From the NCBI RefSeq assembly GCF_001194135.2, contig NC_068995.1, forward strand, positions 40,514,194 to 40,552,852: a stretch of DNA of 38,659 nt, in the 5' to 3' direction. The first letter of the stretch is position 1. Every line of letters starts with the position of its first letter. A program made the translations under genes and the position numbers. Origin of the DNA: Octopus bimaculoides. Lineage: Eukaryota. Positions 11,954 through 23,795 of the stretch are shown piece by piece. The notes below the pieces were generated by a model. That model was not told the DNA's origin. It did not search any database and saw nothing but the letters and a program-made list of their open reading frames with translations.

Positions 11954-12144
11954 GGCAGAGAGCTGGTAGAATCGTTAGCACGACGGGCGAAATGCTTAGC
12001 GGTATTTCGACTTTGCCTTTCATCCTTTCGGGGTCGATAAATTAAGTACCAGATGCCTACTGGAGTCGATCTAATCGACTGGCCACCTCTGCCAAAATTT
12101 CAAGCCTTGTGCTTAAAATAGAAAGGATTATTATTATTACTATT
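11954..12144 (+). mobile_element. SINE family C (internal deletion), directly after the tail of the previous copy
   Basis: ggcagagagctggtagaatcgttagcac...ctttgcctttcatcctttcggggtcgataaattaagtaccag...gaaaggattattatt. Confidence 0.85.
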
Positions 12145-13330
12145 AATCTTCTTCGACATTAATTGTTTATATATCGTTTCTATTTTGATTTACAATTTGC
12201 AGATATTTCCCCTCCAAATTGAATGTTTCTGTATTGTATCTCGTAGACAGTTCACATGAAAAAAGGTGAGAGTTTTCTTTTAGGTGTTTTTGCTTTTGTT
12301 TGAGAAAACAGACATTTTTGAAGATATCTTCTTGTTTCCTCTCGTTGCTTTTTATTTTATTTTATTTTATTTTATCTGTCTTTGCATTTGCTCAAATGCT
12401 TAAAGTGACTCCGAGACAGAAACAACGTCCCCTCAAAGAATAAATTGAAAATAAAGACAACTACATAGAAAATAAACATGTTACAAAAATAATGAACAAT
12501 AATATTTTACACCAGGAAACACACACGCTTGAAGATACACACATACACACACGCATACAATTACACACACTCACACGTTGATAGAAAAAATAATGACATT
12601 TCAATGGACAATGGCACTATCGTGAACAATAGTAGCGATTTGCTTGGCAGTAGCAACAACAACAACAACAACATCAATACTCACGTTCATATTTTTCAAA
12701 CGAAAATATTGTAAATGGCGTCAATAGCAATCGAATCGGTTTTTCTAACATTCCTAGTGGCAAGCAAGTTTTGTTCATGGAACAAGATCAGTGAGAGACA
12801 TGGTGGCGATGTCTCCTTAAGGGGCGTATCTGTCAGAATGAGTGAGGATTTTTATCCAAGAACTGGTACAGAGAGACGTGACCTACTTCTACCTTTCAAA
12901 CAGTGGACGGCCGTTGAATGCATTCCCGCCTAAAAAGAAAAAAAAAATGAATAAATTATAAAATTTAAAGGGACCCCTGTTTTGTGTGAGGATCGAAGTG
13001 GTCAGTACCGACTGCAAAAGATTTTATGAAACGACAAACTGAATCTGTTTGTCATGCACTTAGTCATAGACTCATATTTTGACAGAGTGGGTGGGTCAGT
13101 AATCTTCAAGCATCACAATGAGGTGCATGGGCTGTGATCATTGACTGCTGGTTCGTTGGCAATTTTGAAGCGCAATGTAGGTGAGTGCAGATGAAAAATG
13201 ACATGTGGACGGAAGGTTAGTAGGGACCTCCTCTGAACCACAGAATCATTCTGGGGTGGTTTACTCTCTGTTGAAGCGATGATTATTTTGATAAATCAAG
13301 AACTTCTCTTGTCAGGAATTGAGTACAGGT

Positions 13331-13750
13331 TTTATTCGTTTATTCTTTTATTCTTTTACTTGTTTCAGTCATTTGACTGCGACCGTACTAGAGCACCTCT
13401 TTGAAGGATTGTTGTCGAATAAATCGACCCCAGGACTTATTTCTTAAGCCTAGTACTTATGCTATCGGTCTCTTTTGCCGAACTACTAGGTTATGGGGGC
13501 GTAAATGCATAAAAAATTGGTTGACAAGCGGCGATAGGGGTGAGGGACAAATACAGACACAAAGACACACGCACACACATTGTTATCTACACATATATAT
13601 ATATATACGACAGGCTTCTTTCTGTTTCCGTCAACAAAATCCACTCACAAGGCTTTGGTCGGCTCGAGGCTATAGTAAAACACACTTGCCCAAGGTGTCA
13701 TGCAGAGAGACTGAACCTGGAACCATGGGTTGGGAAGCATGCTTTTTATC
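13331..13750 (-). mobile_element. SINE family A, near full length (5' end in gap)
   Basis: Reverse complement is collinear with 4958-5418 and has a short internal microsatellite. Confidence 0.9.
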
Positions 13751-15379
13751 NNNNNNNNNNNNNNNNNNNNNNNNNNNNNNNNNNNNNNNNNNNNNNNNNN
13801 NNNNNNNNNNNNNNNNNNNNNNNNNNNNNNNNNNNNNNNNNNNNNNNNNNNNNNNNNNNNNNCCTGCACTTACAGTGGACGGGTGCTGAGCGCGCCCCAG
13901 CCTAAAATTTGTTGTTCAAATTCAGGTCTCTATATTCAGAGCAAAACCACCTCATCCCCTTGTGAGAATGGAGCCCTCCTACCTCAAAGTAAAAAATAAA
14001 TATCCGAATCAGAAAGTGCGAGAAGACTAAACATTTTATTTCATCGGGAAAAGAAGGGGTTTTTCATGAAGTGAGATCACTTCCTCTGCATAGGAGCGGG
14101 ATTTTTGTCCAGCAAAAAGAAGACCTTCTCCTGTGAAATGGAACACATCGCTCTTGAGGAGAAACCTTTCTTCCCGAATGAACTGAATTTTACAGCCCTT
14201 CGTGTAATCCAAAGAGGGTGATACAAGATGCGTATGAAATAATTTGGGGCTTTCCAGCCAATCAGAGAAGTGATGAAAGAAAATAAGAAAAAAAATCAAA
14301 GAAAAGATCGACTGTTGATAAAGTATTCTTATAAAGTTTATAGTTTCATATTTTTTAACCAATCGTAGGACATGGCCCCTTCAGTTTTTCAAGAGCTTCA
14401 CTTGGAAGATTTTATATTTTCCAACCGAGAACAATACATGGATAGATTTTAAGGTTTGCATAATTATAACCGCGGGTACCCTAATCAGTGCCAATAATGG
14501 TTTATTCCTTTAAATGTAGATGGCTAGCTCCCTACCCCGGTCTTTTATAAATCGAACTTCGTTTATTCACTTACTTTGTTTTATTACAGTTCTTTAATTA
14601 TTCTACGTTTTCATATGTTTCATAAATTATTACACTTATCCCCACATCTATGGTGTAACGTCTTTCAAACTAACATTTTAAAGAAATCTAACTTGTTTGT
14701 TTACCTCATTACCCACGTCATGTAAAACTTCCTTTCAACGTCTAATGTTTTGTATGTATGAATGATTTGTATGGAATTGCACTCACTGGCTAAATCAAGA
14801 AATTATTGTTGTTGTTGTTGTTATATATATGTATTTATTTATTTATTTATTTCTTCCCAAATGTACCATATTAGTGATGTTGCTGCAGACTAAACAAAGC
14901 AGTACAGTTATCACAGCAGACATCAATGTCCATTCGCTATTGTGGATTTCATCTTATTTCTGGACACACGCATACACACACAAACACACACATACATACA
15001 TACATACGCACGCACGCACATTTACAAACACACACATATACACACGTGACCACTTATCTACAGACGTCATCACAAAACTGAACCATTATAACATTAATCA
15101 AATGCACCTTCACGCGAATAGCTTTCACAAAACCCAATAAACTACTTCGTCCCACCCTTCCCCCCGTCATACACTGACTAACATCTCCAGATATCAGTTA
15201 TCAAAGTTAACAGCATATGAAACACAGCAAACACAATGTCTGTCTGATCATCAACCAGAAATCATGACAATCAACCAGAGGTTTATACGTAAAATTTATA
15301 ACAAACAAAATCTTAAACTACAAAAAAAAAAAATGCATAGCATTCTCGCTATTCCACTAGAGAGGTTCTTTTACAGAAG

Positions 15380-15553
15380 GAAAGACTACACTACATTAGA
15401 AAGACTGTAGTACAATGAAAAGGCTGTAGTACACTGGAAACACTGTACTACAGTAAAAAGCCTATACTATAAAGAAAGGACTATTATACAACAGTAAAAA
15501 TATTGTACAACAATGAAAATACTATACGAGAGCGAAATGACGATACTACAGTA
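15380..15553. repeat. Degenerate 19-bp minisatellite, about 9 units
   Basis: Units gaaagactacactacatta, gaaagactgtagtacaatg, aaaaggctgtagtacactg, gaaacactgtactacagta, aaaagcctatactataaag at exact 19-bp spacing. Confidence 0.8.
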
Positions 15554-15644
15554 TTTCAGTTGTTCAGTCTTTAAAGTTTATTACTGCGCAGTCTTTCACA
15601 ATAATGCAGTCTGAAAGACTGCATTACTGTGAAAAATTTATAGA

Positions 15645-16725
15645 AACCAAAATGGCTTCAGCAAAGGCTTGGAGGTTCTGATTTCTACCACAGATCCTTG
15701 CTCTCAAAAGAACTGTAGAAGAAATCAGAACCTCCAAGCAAAAAATATTTAATGTATCAGTGGATTCCTCCAAAACATTAAATAATGTCAACAAAAGGGC
15801 CGTGTTTGATAAGCCATGAATGTCCTGTAGAAAACACATCATGCTTCATTCAAAATACAGACGATTCAGGTAAAATGTTTCCAACAAGGAGACACACTAT
15901 CCCCTTTTCTCTTCATGATTCTTGTGGACTATATTTTGAGGCAAAACCTTGACGTCCAAGACAAAAGCCTCACCTTGGAACAGAAGTGATCAAAAAGTTA
16001 TCAGAGCATGCGTCAGAGCATCATTCTGTTAGTGATCTTGGTCCTCACACCACATCAACTATATGATGCATATCATTTGTCAACATCCCCTGATAACAAA
16101 TATATCCGGTAGATGACGTATGTTTCTCAACACTAAGAACATTGAGTACATGACCATCAATGAGAGTGAAAGCGGCTAAGAAATTTATCTTCAAGATGGT
16201 ACGTAATTCAAAGAATTCAGTGATTTCATGCACTTTGGGTTCAATGTTGTTGATGGTAAGAAAAACCTTCTTACACGAAAGTAACTAGCCTGGAGTGTCT
16301 GTAAAAAGCTTCTAGTATTTCAAAGTCAACAAGGCTTTCCTTCTTCGGAGTAAGGAGCGTTCTTCTCCATAGAGCTCAAACCCGGACTATCAAAGAGCTT
16401 CAACGTAAACTTGACAGAACGTACATCAGTCTTCTTATGAGGGCTCAAAATATCTTATGGAATGAACACAAAACCAAAGAGGGGATTTAGGTACACATTC
16501 CATCCTTCTCTACTGGCCACTACTTTTGTGCTGCATACCAGGCTATATCACGTGTTTTTAGGAAAGAATTTTGAATACTAAAAGGTGATGGGGATCGCTT
16601 AATTAGGTCGATGTTATTTGCAAGCGACTCACAAATTGAGGGTCTACTAAAGATAATGTAGGAGGAAGGTAGAGATTCTTGATGCAACTTCGTGGAACGC
16701 ATTTCTGTTGCAGCTTCTTGAGAAG
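15645..16725 (+). mobile_element. 5'-truncated, decayed RTE-type LINE (RT and C-terminal region)
   Basis: Motifs QNGFS, QILALKRTVEEI, VSVDSSK (xDFSKAFD-like), QGDTLSPFLFMILVDYILR (15885), EYMTIN, DFMHFG, LAWSVCKKL, SVLL...KLDRTYISLLMRAQNILW; many stops and frameshifts. Confidence 0.9.
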
Positions 16726-16754
16726 AAAACGAAAGCAAAACAAAGACAAATAAA

Positions 16755-16850
16755 AAAATATACTAGACTACACTGAAAAGACTATAGCACGTAGAATAGA
16801 CAAGACTAAGCGCATAGAAAATACTAAACTGGAGTGAAAAGACGAAAAAA
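16755..16850. repeat. Further degenerate units of the 19-bp minisatellite
   Basis: aaaagactatagcacgtag and aaaatactaaactggagtg resemble the units at 15380-15553. Confidence 0.55.
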
Positions 16851-17424
16851 ATGCTGCACTTAATTACACAAAAAGACAAAGCACATTAACAAAAAAGATA
16901 ATTTGCTTTGCATCATAGTTACATCTGAAATTAGTAAAGATTCAAAGAAAAACACACAAAAGATAGAACAAGACAAACAACATCAACGGCAAACCTCACA
17001 CCTAAACGTCACAAACTTAAACACTTCAATAAGCATGTTTACATAAAAGTAAAAAAAAAAAAAATTCACAAAGAGAAAAATATAGAACAAGATTTACAAG
17101 GATACATACAAAGTCTCACAAACGCGCGCGCGCACACACACACACACATACACACACACACTTTAGTAAACTGTTATTAATAGTCTCACATAAGACCCAA
17201 ATACAGCCACATAAAAGCCACAACGAATAGCAATAAAGCAAAAAAACGTGTGAAAACTTCAACTAACAATTTGTAATACGACACTTGCGCGAGCGCGCAC
17301 AAACACACACACACAGACAATGCAACAAAGAAAAGTTCTCAGACACACACACTCTCTCTCACATACACACACACGATTTTTTTTTTATATGTTTGTTTTT
17401 ATTTCTTTTAATGTCTTCCGTGTA

Positions 17425-17555
17425 GGGTGCCACCTTTTTTAAGGGTTCAGACGATTACGTCCACCTCAATACTTGAACCGCTTCTTATTTTATCGACGTC
17501 GGGAGGATTAAAGGAAAATGTTGGCAGGGGTCGGTTTTAAAGCGAGACCAAAGTT
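17425..17555 (-). mobile_element. Diverged SINE family C fragment
   Basis: Reverse complement ttttcctttaatcctcccgacgtcgataaaataagaagcggttcaagtattgaggtggacgtaatcg resembles the family C core. Confidence 0.55.
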
Positions 17556-18405
17556 AAAANNNNNNNNNNNNNNNNNNNNNNNNNNNNNNNNNNNNNNNNN
17601 NNNNNNNNNNNNNNNNNNNNNNNNNNNNNNNNNNNNNNNNNNNNNNNNNNNNNNNNNNNNNNNNNNNNNNNNNNNNNNNNNNNNNNNNNNNNNNNNNNNN
17701 NNNNNNNNNNNNNNNNNNNNNNNNNNNNNNNNNNNNNNNNNNNNNNNNNNNNNNNNNNNNNNNNNNNNNNNNNNNNNNNNNNNNNNNNNNNNNNNNNNNN
17801 NNNNNNNNNNNNNNNNNNNNNNNNNNNNNNNNNNNNNNNNNNNNNNNNNNNNNNNNNNNNNNNNNNNNNNNNNNNNNNNNNNNNNNNNNNNNNNNNNNNN
17901 NNNNNNNNNNNNNNNNNNNNNNNNNNNNNNNNNNNNNNNNNNNNNNNNNNNNNNNNNNNNNNNNNNNNNNNNNNNNNNNNNNNNNNNNNNNNNNNNNNNN
18001 NNNNNNNNNNNNNNNNNNNNNNNNNNNNNNNNNNNNNNNNNNNNNNNNNNNNNNNNNNNNNNNNNNNNNNNNNNNNNNNNNNNNNNNNNNNNNNNNNNNN
18101 NNNNNNNNNNNNNNNNNNNNNNNNNNNNNNNNNNNNNNNNNNNNNNNNNNNNNNNNNNNNNNNNNNNNNNNNNNNNNNNNNNNNNNNNNNNNNNNNNNNN
18201 NNNNNNNNNNNNNNNNNNNNNNNNNNNNNNNNNNNNNNNNNNNNNNNNNNNNNNNNNNNNNNNNNNNNNNNNNNNNNNNNNNNNNNNNNNNNNNNNNNNN
18301 NNNNNNNNNNNNNNNNNNNNNNNNNNNNNNNNNNNNNNNNNNNNNNNNNNNNNNNNNNNNNNNNNNNNNNNNNNNNNNNNNNNNNNNNNNNNNNNTCAGT
18401 TACGC

Positions 18406-19004
18406 AATAAATGAAAAATGCATTAAATACCACAAAACGTACACGTAGGACAGACACAAAAAGACCCGTAATTCTTCACCAGTTATCAACCGAAAAATAT
18501 TAATACCCAGTTTCGTATCTTTAACGTTAAGATTGAGAACTTCGTATATCGGCGGCACCCGCAAGATTTGCGTAGAATTAGATCTTGAACAAACAAGACA
18601 ATACAGGGTAGACGTACAAAAGTAAACAAATGTCATTTGAAACGATAGATGAAGACACAATAAATAAAGCCTTTCGGCCAAACACTCGAATGATGAGTAA
18701 CGCCTGGAAGAAATCCTCACCCATCACTCTCATGTCTGGCTGAAAGGCTTTATTTATTGTCTTCGCCTACCGTTTCAAATTACATTTGTTTACTTTCGTG
18801 CCTTCACCCTGTATTGTCTTGTTTGCTCAAGCCCTAATTCTACGCAAATCTTGCGAGTGACACCGATATACGAAGTTCCCAGCCTTATCGTTAAAGGCAC
18901 GAAACTGGGTATTAGTATTTTGGTCGTAACTGATGAAGAATTAGAGTGCTTCTGTGTCTGTCTACGTGTACGTTTTGTAGAATTTAATGCATCTTTCATT
19001 TATT
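18406..19004. repeat. Long inverted repeat: arms of about 270 bp (18406-18680 and 18737-19004) around a 56-bp spacer
   Basis: The arms are reverse complements, about 85% identical by eye, e.g. aataaatgaaaaatgcattaaat / atttaatgcatctttcatttatt and gcctttcggcca / tggctgaaaggc. Confidence 0.9.
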
Positions 19005-19150
19005 ATATATTTCGGCCTCCCGAAACCACCTACAACACAACAGACTTTGTCCGATAGCTCAGAAGACCGCGTAGTCGAGCTCAGCAAACCATCTTGCTTA
19101 GAGCGGAAGAAGCAGTAGTCAAAGGAGTCAGGAGAGTTGAAAATTACCAA

Positions 19151-19308
19151 CAGGAGTGGCTGTGCGGTAAGTAGCTTGCTTACCAGCCACATGGTTCCGG
19201 GTTCAGTCCTACTGAGTGGCATCTTGGTCAAGTGTCTTCTACTATAGCCTCGGGCTGACCAAAGCCTTGTGAGTGGATTTGGTAGACGGGAGCTGAAAGA
19301 AGCCTATC

Positions 19309-19340
<32 letters not shown>
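19151..19340 (+). mobile_element. SINE family A head plus internal (GT)n running into a gap
   Basis: High similarity to 4961-5160. Confidence 0.9.
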
Positions 19341-20257
19341 NNNNNNNNNNNNNNNNNNNNNNNNNNNNNNNNNNNNNNNNNNNNNNNNNNNNNNNNNNNN
19401 NNNNNNNNNNNNNNNNNNNNNNNNNNNNNNNNNNNNNNNNNNNNNNNNNNNNNNNNNNNNNNNNNNNNNNNNNNNNNNNNNNNNNNNNNNNNNNNNNNNN
19501 NNNNNNNNNNNNNNNNNNNNNNNNNNNNNNNNNNNNNNNNNNNNNNNNNNNNNNNNNNNNNNNNNNNNNNNNNNNNNNNNNNNNNNNNNNNNNNNNNNNN
19601 NNNNTATGGAATAAATAAATAGTTCCTTAGAGAGTTTTTAGAGGGTTGTTTCATTTACCTCTGAAATGTCTGGATGATTTTTAGTGAGCTTTTCTTTTAT
19701 TTACCAGTCTAATGATTTATTTTCTATCATTTTTTAAAATCACTCCCCCCCCCCACTGGACTCTTGTTACTTCTGATTTCACGGCAGGATTCAGCATTCT
19801 TTACGTTGCCAAGTTCACTATTTCCGCAGCCAATACAAAGCCTTTCACCGTTCACATTAACCGCCGAAACCAACCTCACCCTCGACACCAAATACAATGT
19901 CAACTGTTCCACACGAATTTTACCTGGTACCATCCCACACATCGACCGCATTGCACCGGCTGCTACATAGAAAAAAAAACCCGCCCACATCGATTTTCAT
20001 CACATCACCCGTCGCACATCTTCTTCCAGTACGAACTACGTGTGCAATAGTAGTTTTTGCACTTCGCCCACACCGTAAATGCGCGCCAAAATCATACCGC
20101 CTTCACTTTAAACAGTCACGTGAATGATTTTTTCGTCGTCGCTTGCAAAACCAGCGAGCAGTGTTTTAATTCGCGTCATACGAATGAAAAATAATCTGAA
20201 TATATTTTACGTTTATAAAAATATATGTATGTATGTATGTATGTATGTATTATCATT

Positions 20258-20650
20258 TATCATTTACTTGTTTCATTTAATGGGATGCAGTCAACCTTGG
20301 GTACCACCTTGAAATGTTTTAGTCAAACGAATCGACCCTCCCCGTACTTATTTTTCAACCTGGTACTTTTTCTGTGAGATCTCTTTTGCCAAATCACCAA
20401 ATTACGAGGGTATAGATAAACCAACACCGGTCGTCAGTCGATGGTGTTGGAGGGATGAATACAAAGACACGCATACATGCACACTAAGACATATACAGAC
20501 ACACACACACATACACACACATATGTATGTACACGACGGGATTCTTTTAATTTCCGTCTACCAAGTCGAGTCACAAAGTTTTGGTTAGCTCGAGGTTATA
20601 ATAGAACATACTTGCTCAAGATGTCACTCGGCATCGAATAACTGAATAAC
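20258..20650 (-). mobile_element. Diverged SINE family A
   Basis: Reverse complement is collinear with 4958-5418; imperfect (CA)n at the internal microsatellite position. Confidence 0.8.
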
Positions 20651-21049
20651 CTTTGTCATTCTCAAAAATGCAGTGAGCTAGCAATTAAATCGTTGGCACG
20701 CTATAAGCAACGACGCTATTGTATACAACCATGACAATACAAAATAAATAAATAAATGTATTTTACAAAATGGTAGTAAAGTCTAATTTCATTACGACAT
20801 ACTGAGAAAGACATCATCATAAATCTAAACGTTGTAACTAAATAAAGAAAAATTGCACTAGAAAATCTGCATGCGTGTGTTTCCGTGTGCGTGTGTGATT
20901 GTGTGAGCGTGTTTGTGTGTGTGATTTTATATGTGTGTCTATACACACGCAGTTAAGTGTGCGCGTGTACATGTATATACATACACACACACGTGACAGT
21001 GGACGTACGTAGCAAAAGGGCACTCAATGCATTTAGCAGGAGTTACATT

Positions 21050-21224
21050 TATATATATATATATATGTGTGCGTGTGTGTGTGTGTGTGTGTACATACAT
21101 ATACATACACATACACATACACATATATATATATGTATATGCATACATATATATGTGTATATGTATATATATGCATGTATATATATATGCGTATATATAT
21201 ATATATGCATGTATATATATATGC

Positions 21225-21256
<32 letters not shown>

Positions 21257-21278
21257 GTATATGTATGTATATATATAT
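21050..21278. repeat. Compound TA/TG/TATG microsatellite
   Basis: Direct reading; abuts the gap at 21279-21588. Confidence 0.95.
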
Positions 21279-22487
21279 NNNNNNNNNNNNNNNNNNNNNN
21301 NNNNNNNNNNNNNNNNNNNNNNNNNNNNNNNNNNNNNNNNNNNNNNNNNNNNNNNNNNNNNNNNNNNNNNNNNNNNNNNNNNNNNNNNNNNNNNNNNNNN
21401 NNNNNNNNNNNNNNNNNNNNNNNNNNNNNNNNNNNNNNNNNNNNNNNNNNNNNNNNNNNNNNNNNNNNNNNNNNNNNNNNNNNNNNNNNNNNNNNNNNNN
21501 NNNNNNNNNNNNNNNNNNNNNNNNNNNNNNNNNNNNNNNNNNNNNNNNNNNNNNNNNNNNNNNNNNNNNNNNNNNNNNNNNNNNNNNNCTATAAAATATG
21601 TTCAGGTTTGCGAACGTTCTACCGAGGAAGACTTTATATCACGTTCAAAATAGCAGCTGAATTTGCAAGTATCATATTCTGCCATCTTGAAAATAAGAAG
21701 CTCACTTTGGACAACGTATTGTTGAATTTACAAATTGACGGAATGGTTGATATTGGAATACTTTTGCTAATAGCTCTGCTTGGTCAGGGTGTGACGTTGG
21801 ACTAAAGAACAACAATATATATATATATATATATATTGAGGAAGGAAAGTCTGTGCAGTCATTTCATCTGCTAGATATAACAGGCATGTCTCCCTCAAAT
21901 CGTATCCCACGGATCTTGTAAGGTGACACATCATCTTAGAAACGTTCTTCATGTAAACCGACGTGGTATTCACATCTGGAACGATTCTATGGTGCTAATA
22001 AACAACAACAACAACAACAACAACCGCAGCAACAATAAAAATACATTATAACTAAAATTGCAACTTAAAATCACGAGTTTTGCTTAAGGTCAAAAATGCT
22101 TTCCCTCTGAACAAGTTTTGACCCTTCTACACGGTACGACCCTCAGCTGCACCACAGGTGGATCACAGATCTCACCACATGGCATCTTTCACAAAAGCCT
22201 TCTACCATAGCCTAGAGTATTTGAAAGCTTTGTGAATGAAATTTGGTAGGTAGAAAGAGTATGAAATTCGTCAGATGGAATCATATGCAGACTGTTTAGT
22301 AGAATTTAACCACCACCTCAATATTACCAACTTAGAATCAGAATTTTATGCTAAATTTCAGTTGAAGAAATACCAAAAAATGTTTTAAAAATGCTAAATA
22401 TAACAAAAAAAATGCTAAAGACTAATTATATCAAAAAGCTTAATTTTTGCCTACATTATTATTTACTTTCTTTAATTATATTCAGCA

Positions 22488-23090
22488 TTAAGAAATAATT
22501 TCTTGAATTTCACTAATTTGATCACTTTCAGCTGCAGTGCCTAGGTCATGACTTCTGTATACATTCACGGTCCCAGTCTTGTTAATTATGTGTTTTGGAA
22601 TATTGAAGTTTTTGCAACATTTGCCATATCTTTTCAGGCCATATTTTATAGACAGTATTGGTCTAAGCATAGGAAGATGCATGTTGTTTTTCAATCTTGA
22701 CTTGATTACACCCATACTACTGAACAACCGTTCAACTTCTGCATTTGAGTTTGGCAATGACAATAGATTAATGGCAAAATTTGCAACATCTCTAAAAGGA
22801 TTTCCTCCAGTAGCATCTTTATATTCCAAGACTTCCAGCCAGAATGCCTCAGTATTAGATTTGTCCATTTAACTAAATGAATGCAATTAAACTTAATTTC
22901 AATTGAAGCAATTTTTTCTTCATTTGAATGCAATGCTTCTAAGACAGGTAAAATTGACTCTTTGAAATGCTGCAAGATATTCTCCACTGAAAAACATTTG
23001 ATATTCCTCAGTATATTAATATTTCCTGGCAAAGAGTGCTTGAGCTCTTTATAAAGGCAGAGTAAAAATTGTTGTGCGAATAGTATTTTC
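22488..23090 (-). mobile_element. hAT transposase C-terminal remnant (dimerisation domain), frameshifted near 22870
   Basis: LYKELKHSLPGNINILRNIKCFSVENIL... then FWLEVLEYKDATGGNPFRDVANFAINLLSLPNSNAEVERLFSSMGVIKSRLKNNM; FW...LLSLPxSNAxxERxFS is the hAT dimerisation signature. Confidence 0.9.
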
Positions 23091-23190
23091 TTTTCAAAGA
23101 CGGTAGGGTATGATTTGAGACGTACTTAGCTGCTAATTCTAGAAAGTAGTCATACTCACTTCTGATTTTTGATATTACTATTTTGATGAA

Positions 23191-23401
23191 GGCAGCGAGC
23201 TGGTAGAATCGTTAGCACGCCAGGTGAAATGCTTAGTGATATTTCGTCTGCCGCTACGTCCTGAGTTCAAATCCCACCGAGGTCGACTTTGCCTTTCATT
23301 CTTTCGGGGTCCATAAATTAAGTACCAGTTATGCACTGGAGTCAATGTCATCAACTAGTCCCCGCCTCCCAAATTTCAGTCCTTGTGTCTTTAGTAGAAA
23401 G
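23191..23401 (+). mobile_element. SINE family C flanked by an exact 20-bp direct repeat
   Basis: Full head-to-tail match; gatattactattttgatgaa at 23171-23190 and 23402-23421. Confidence 0.9.
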
Positions 23402-23421
23402 GATATTACTATTTTGATGAA

Positions 23422-23645
23422 GACAGTGAGCTGGCAGAATCGTTAGCACGCTGGGCAAAATGCTTAGCAGCATTTCGTGCTTCTTTACGTTCTGGGTTCG
23501 AATTCCGCCGAGGTCGACTTTGCCTTTCATCCTATCGAAGTCAATAAATTAAGTACCAGTCAAGTACTGGAGTCTATGTGATTGACTAACCCCCTTCTAC
23601 ACCGATTCCAGGCCTTGCATCTATAGTAGAAAAGATTATCATTAT
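23422..23645 (+). mobile_element. SINE family C, second copy of a tandem pair
   Basis: gagctggcagaatcgttagcac; B box ggttcgaattcc; gtcgactttgcctttcatcc. Confidence 0.9.
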
Positions 23646-23701
23646 TTTGACAGAGTGGAATTCGTTTAGTCATCCATTAGAACTTATTCACTGGCCGCGT
23701 T

Positions 23702-23795
23702 ATAGAAATTGACCTCAATATTTAACTGGTACTTTGATTTATTGGCCCCAAAATGATGACTGCATAATTGACCACTGCAGGATTTGAACTCAAGT
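23702..23795 (-). mobile_element. SINE family C fragment
   Basis: Reverse complement gagttcaaatcc...ggggccaataaatcaaagtaccagttaaatattgaggtcaat. Confidence 0.6.

Noticed and set aside
12200-12270. Possible small exon (tttgcag ... aag/gtgag)
   Set aside because: Splice-like dinucleotides alone are expected by chance; no protein similarity
13863-14480. Unique-looking sequence with a 108-aa ORF (14036-14362)
   Set aside because: No recognisable motif in the frames checked and no supported splice structure
15380-15553. Regularly spaced short repeats, superficially CRISPR-like
   Set aside because: Contiguous degenerate 19-bp units with no unique spacers, in a eukaryotic context without cas genes
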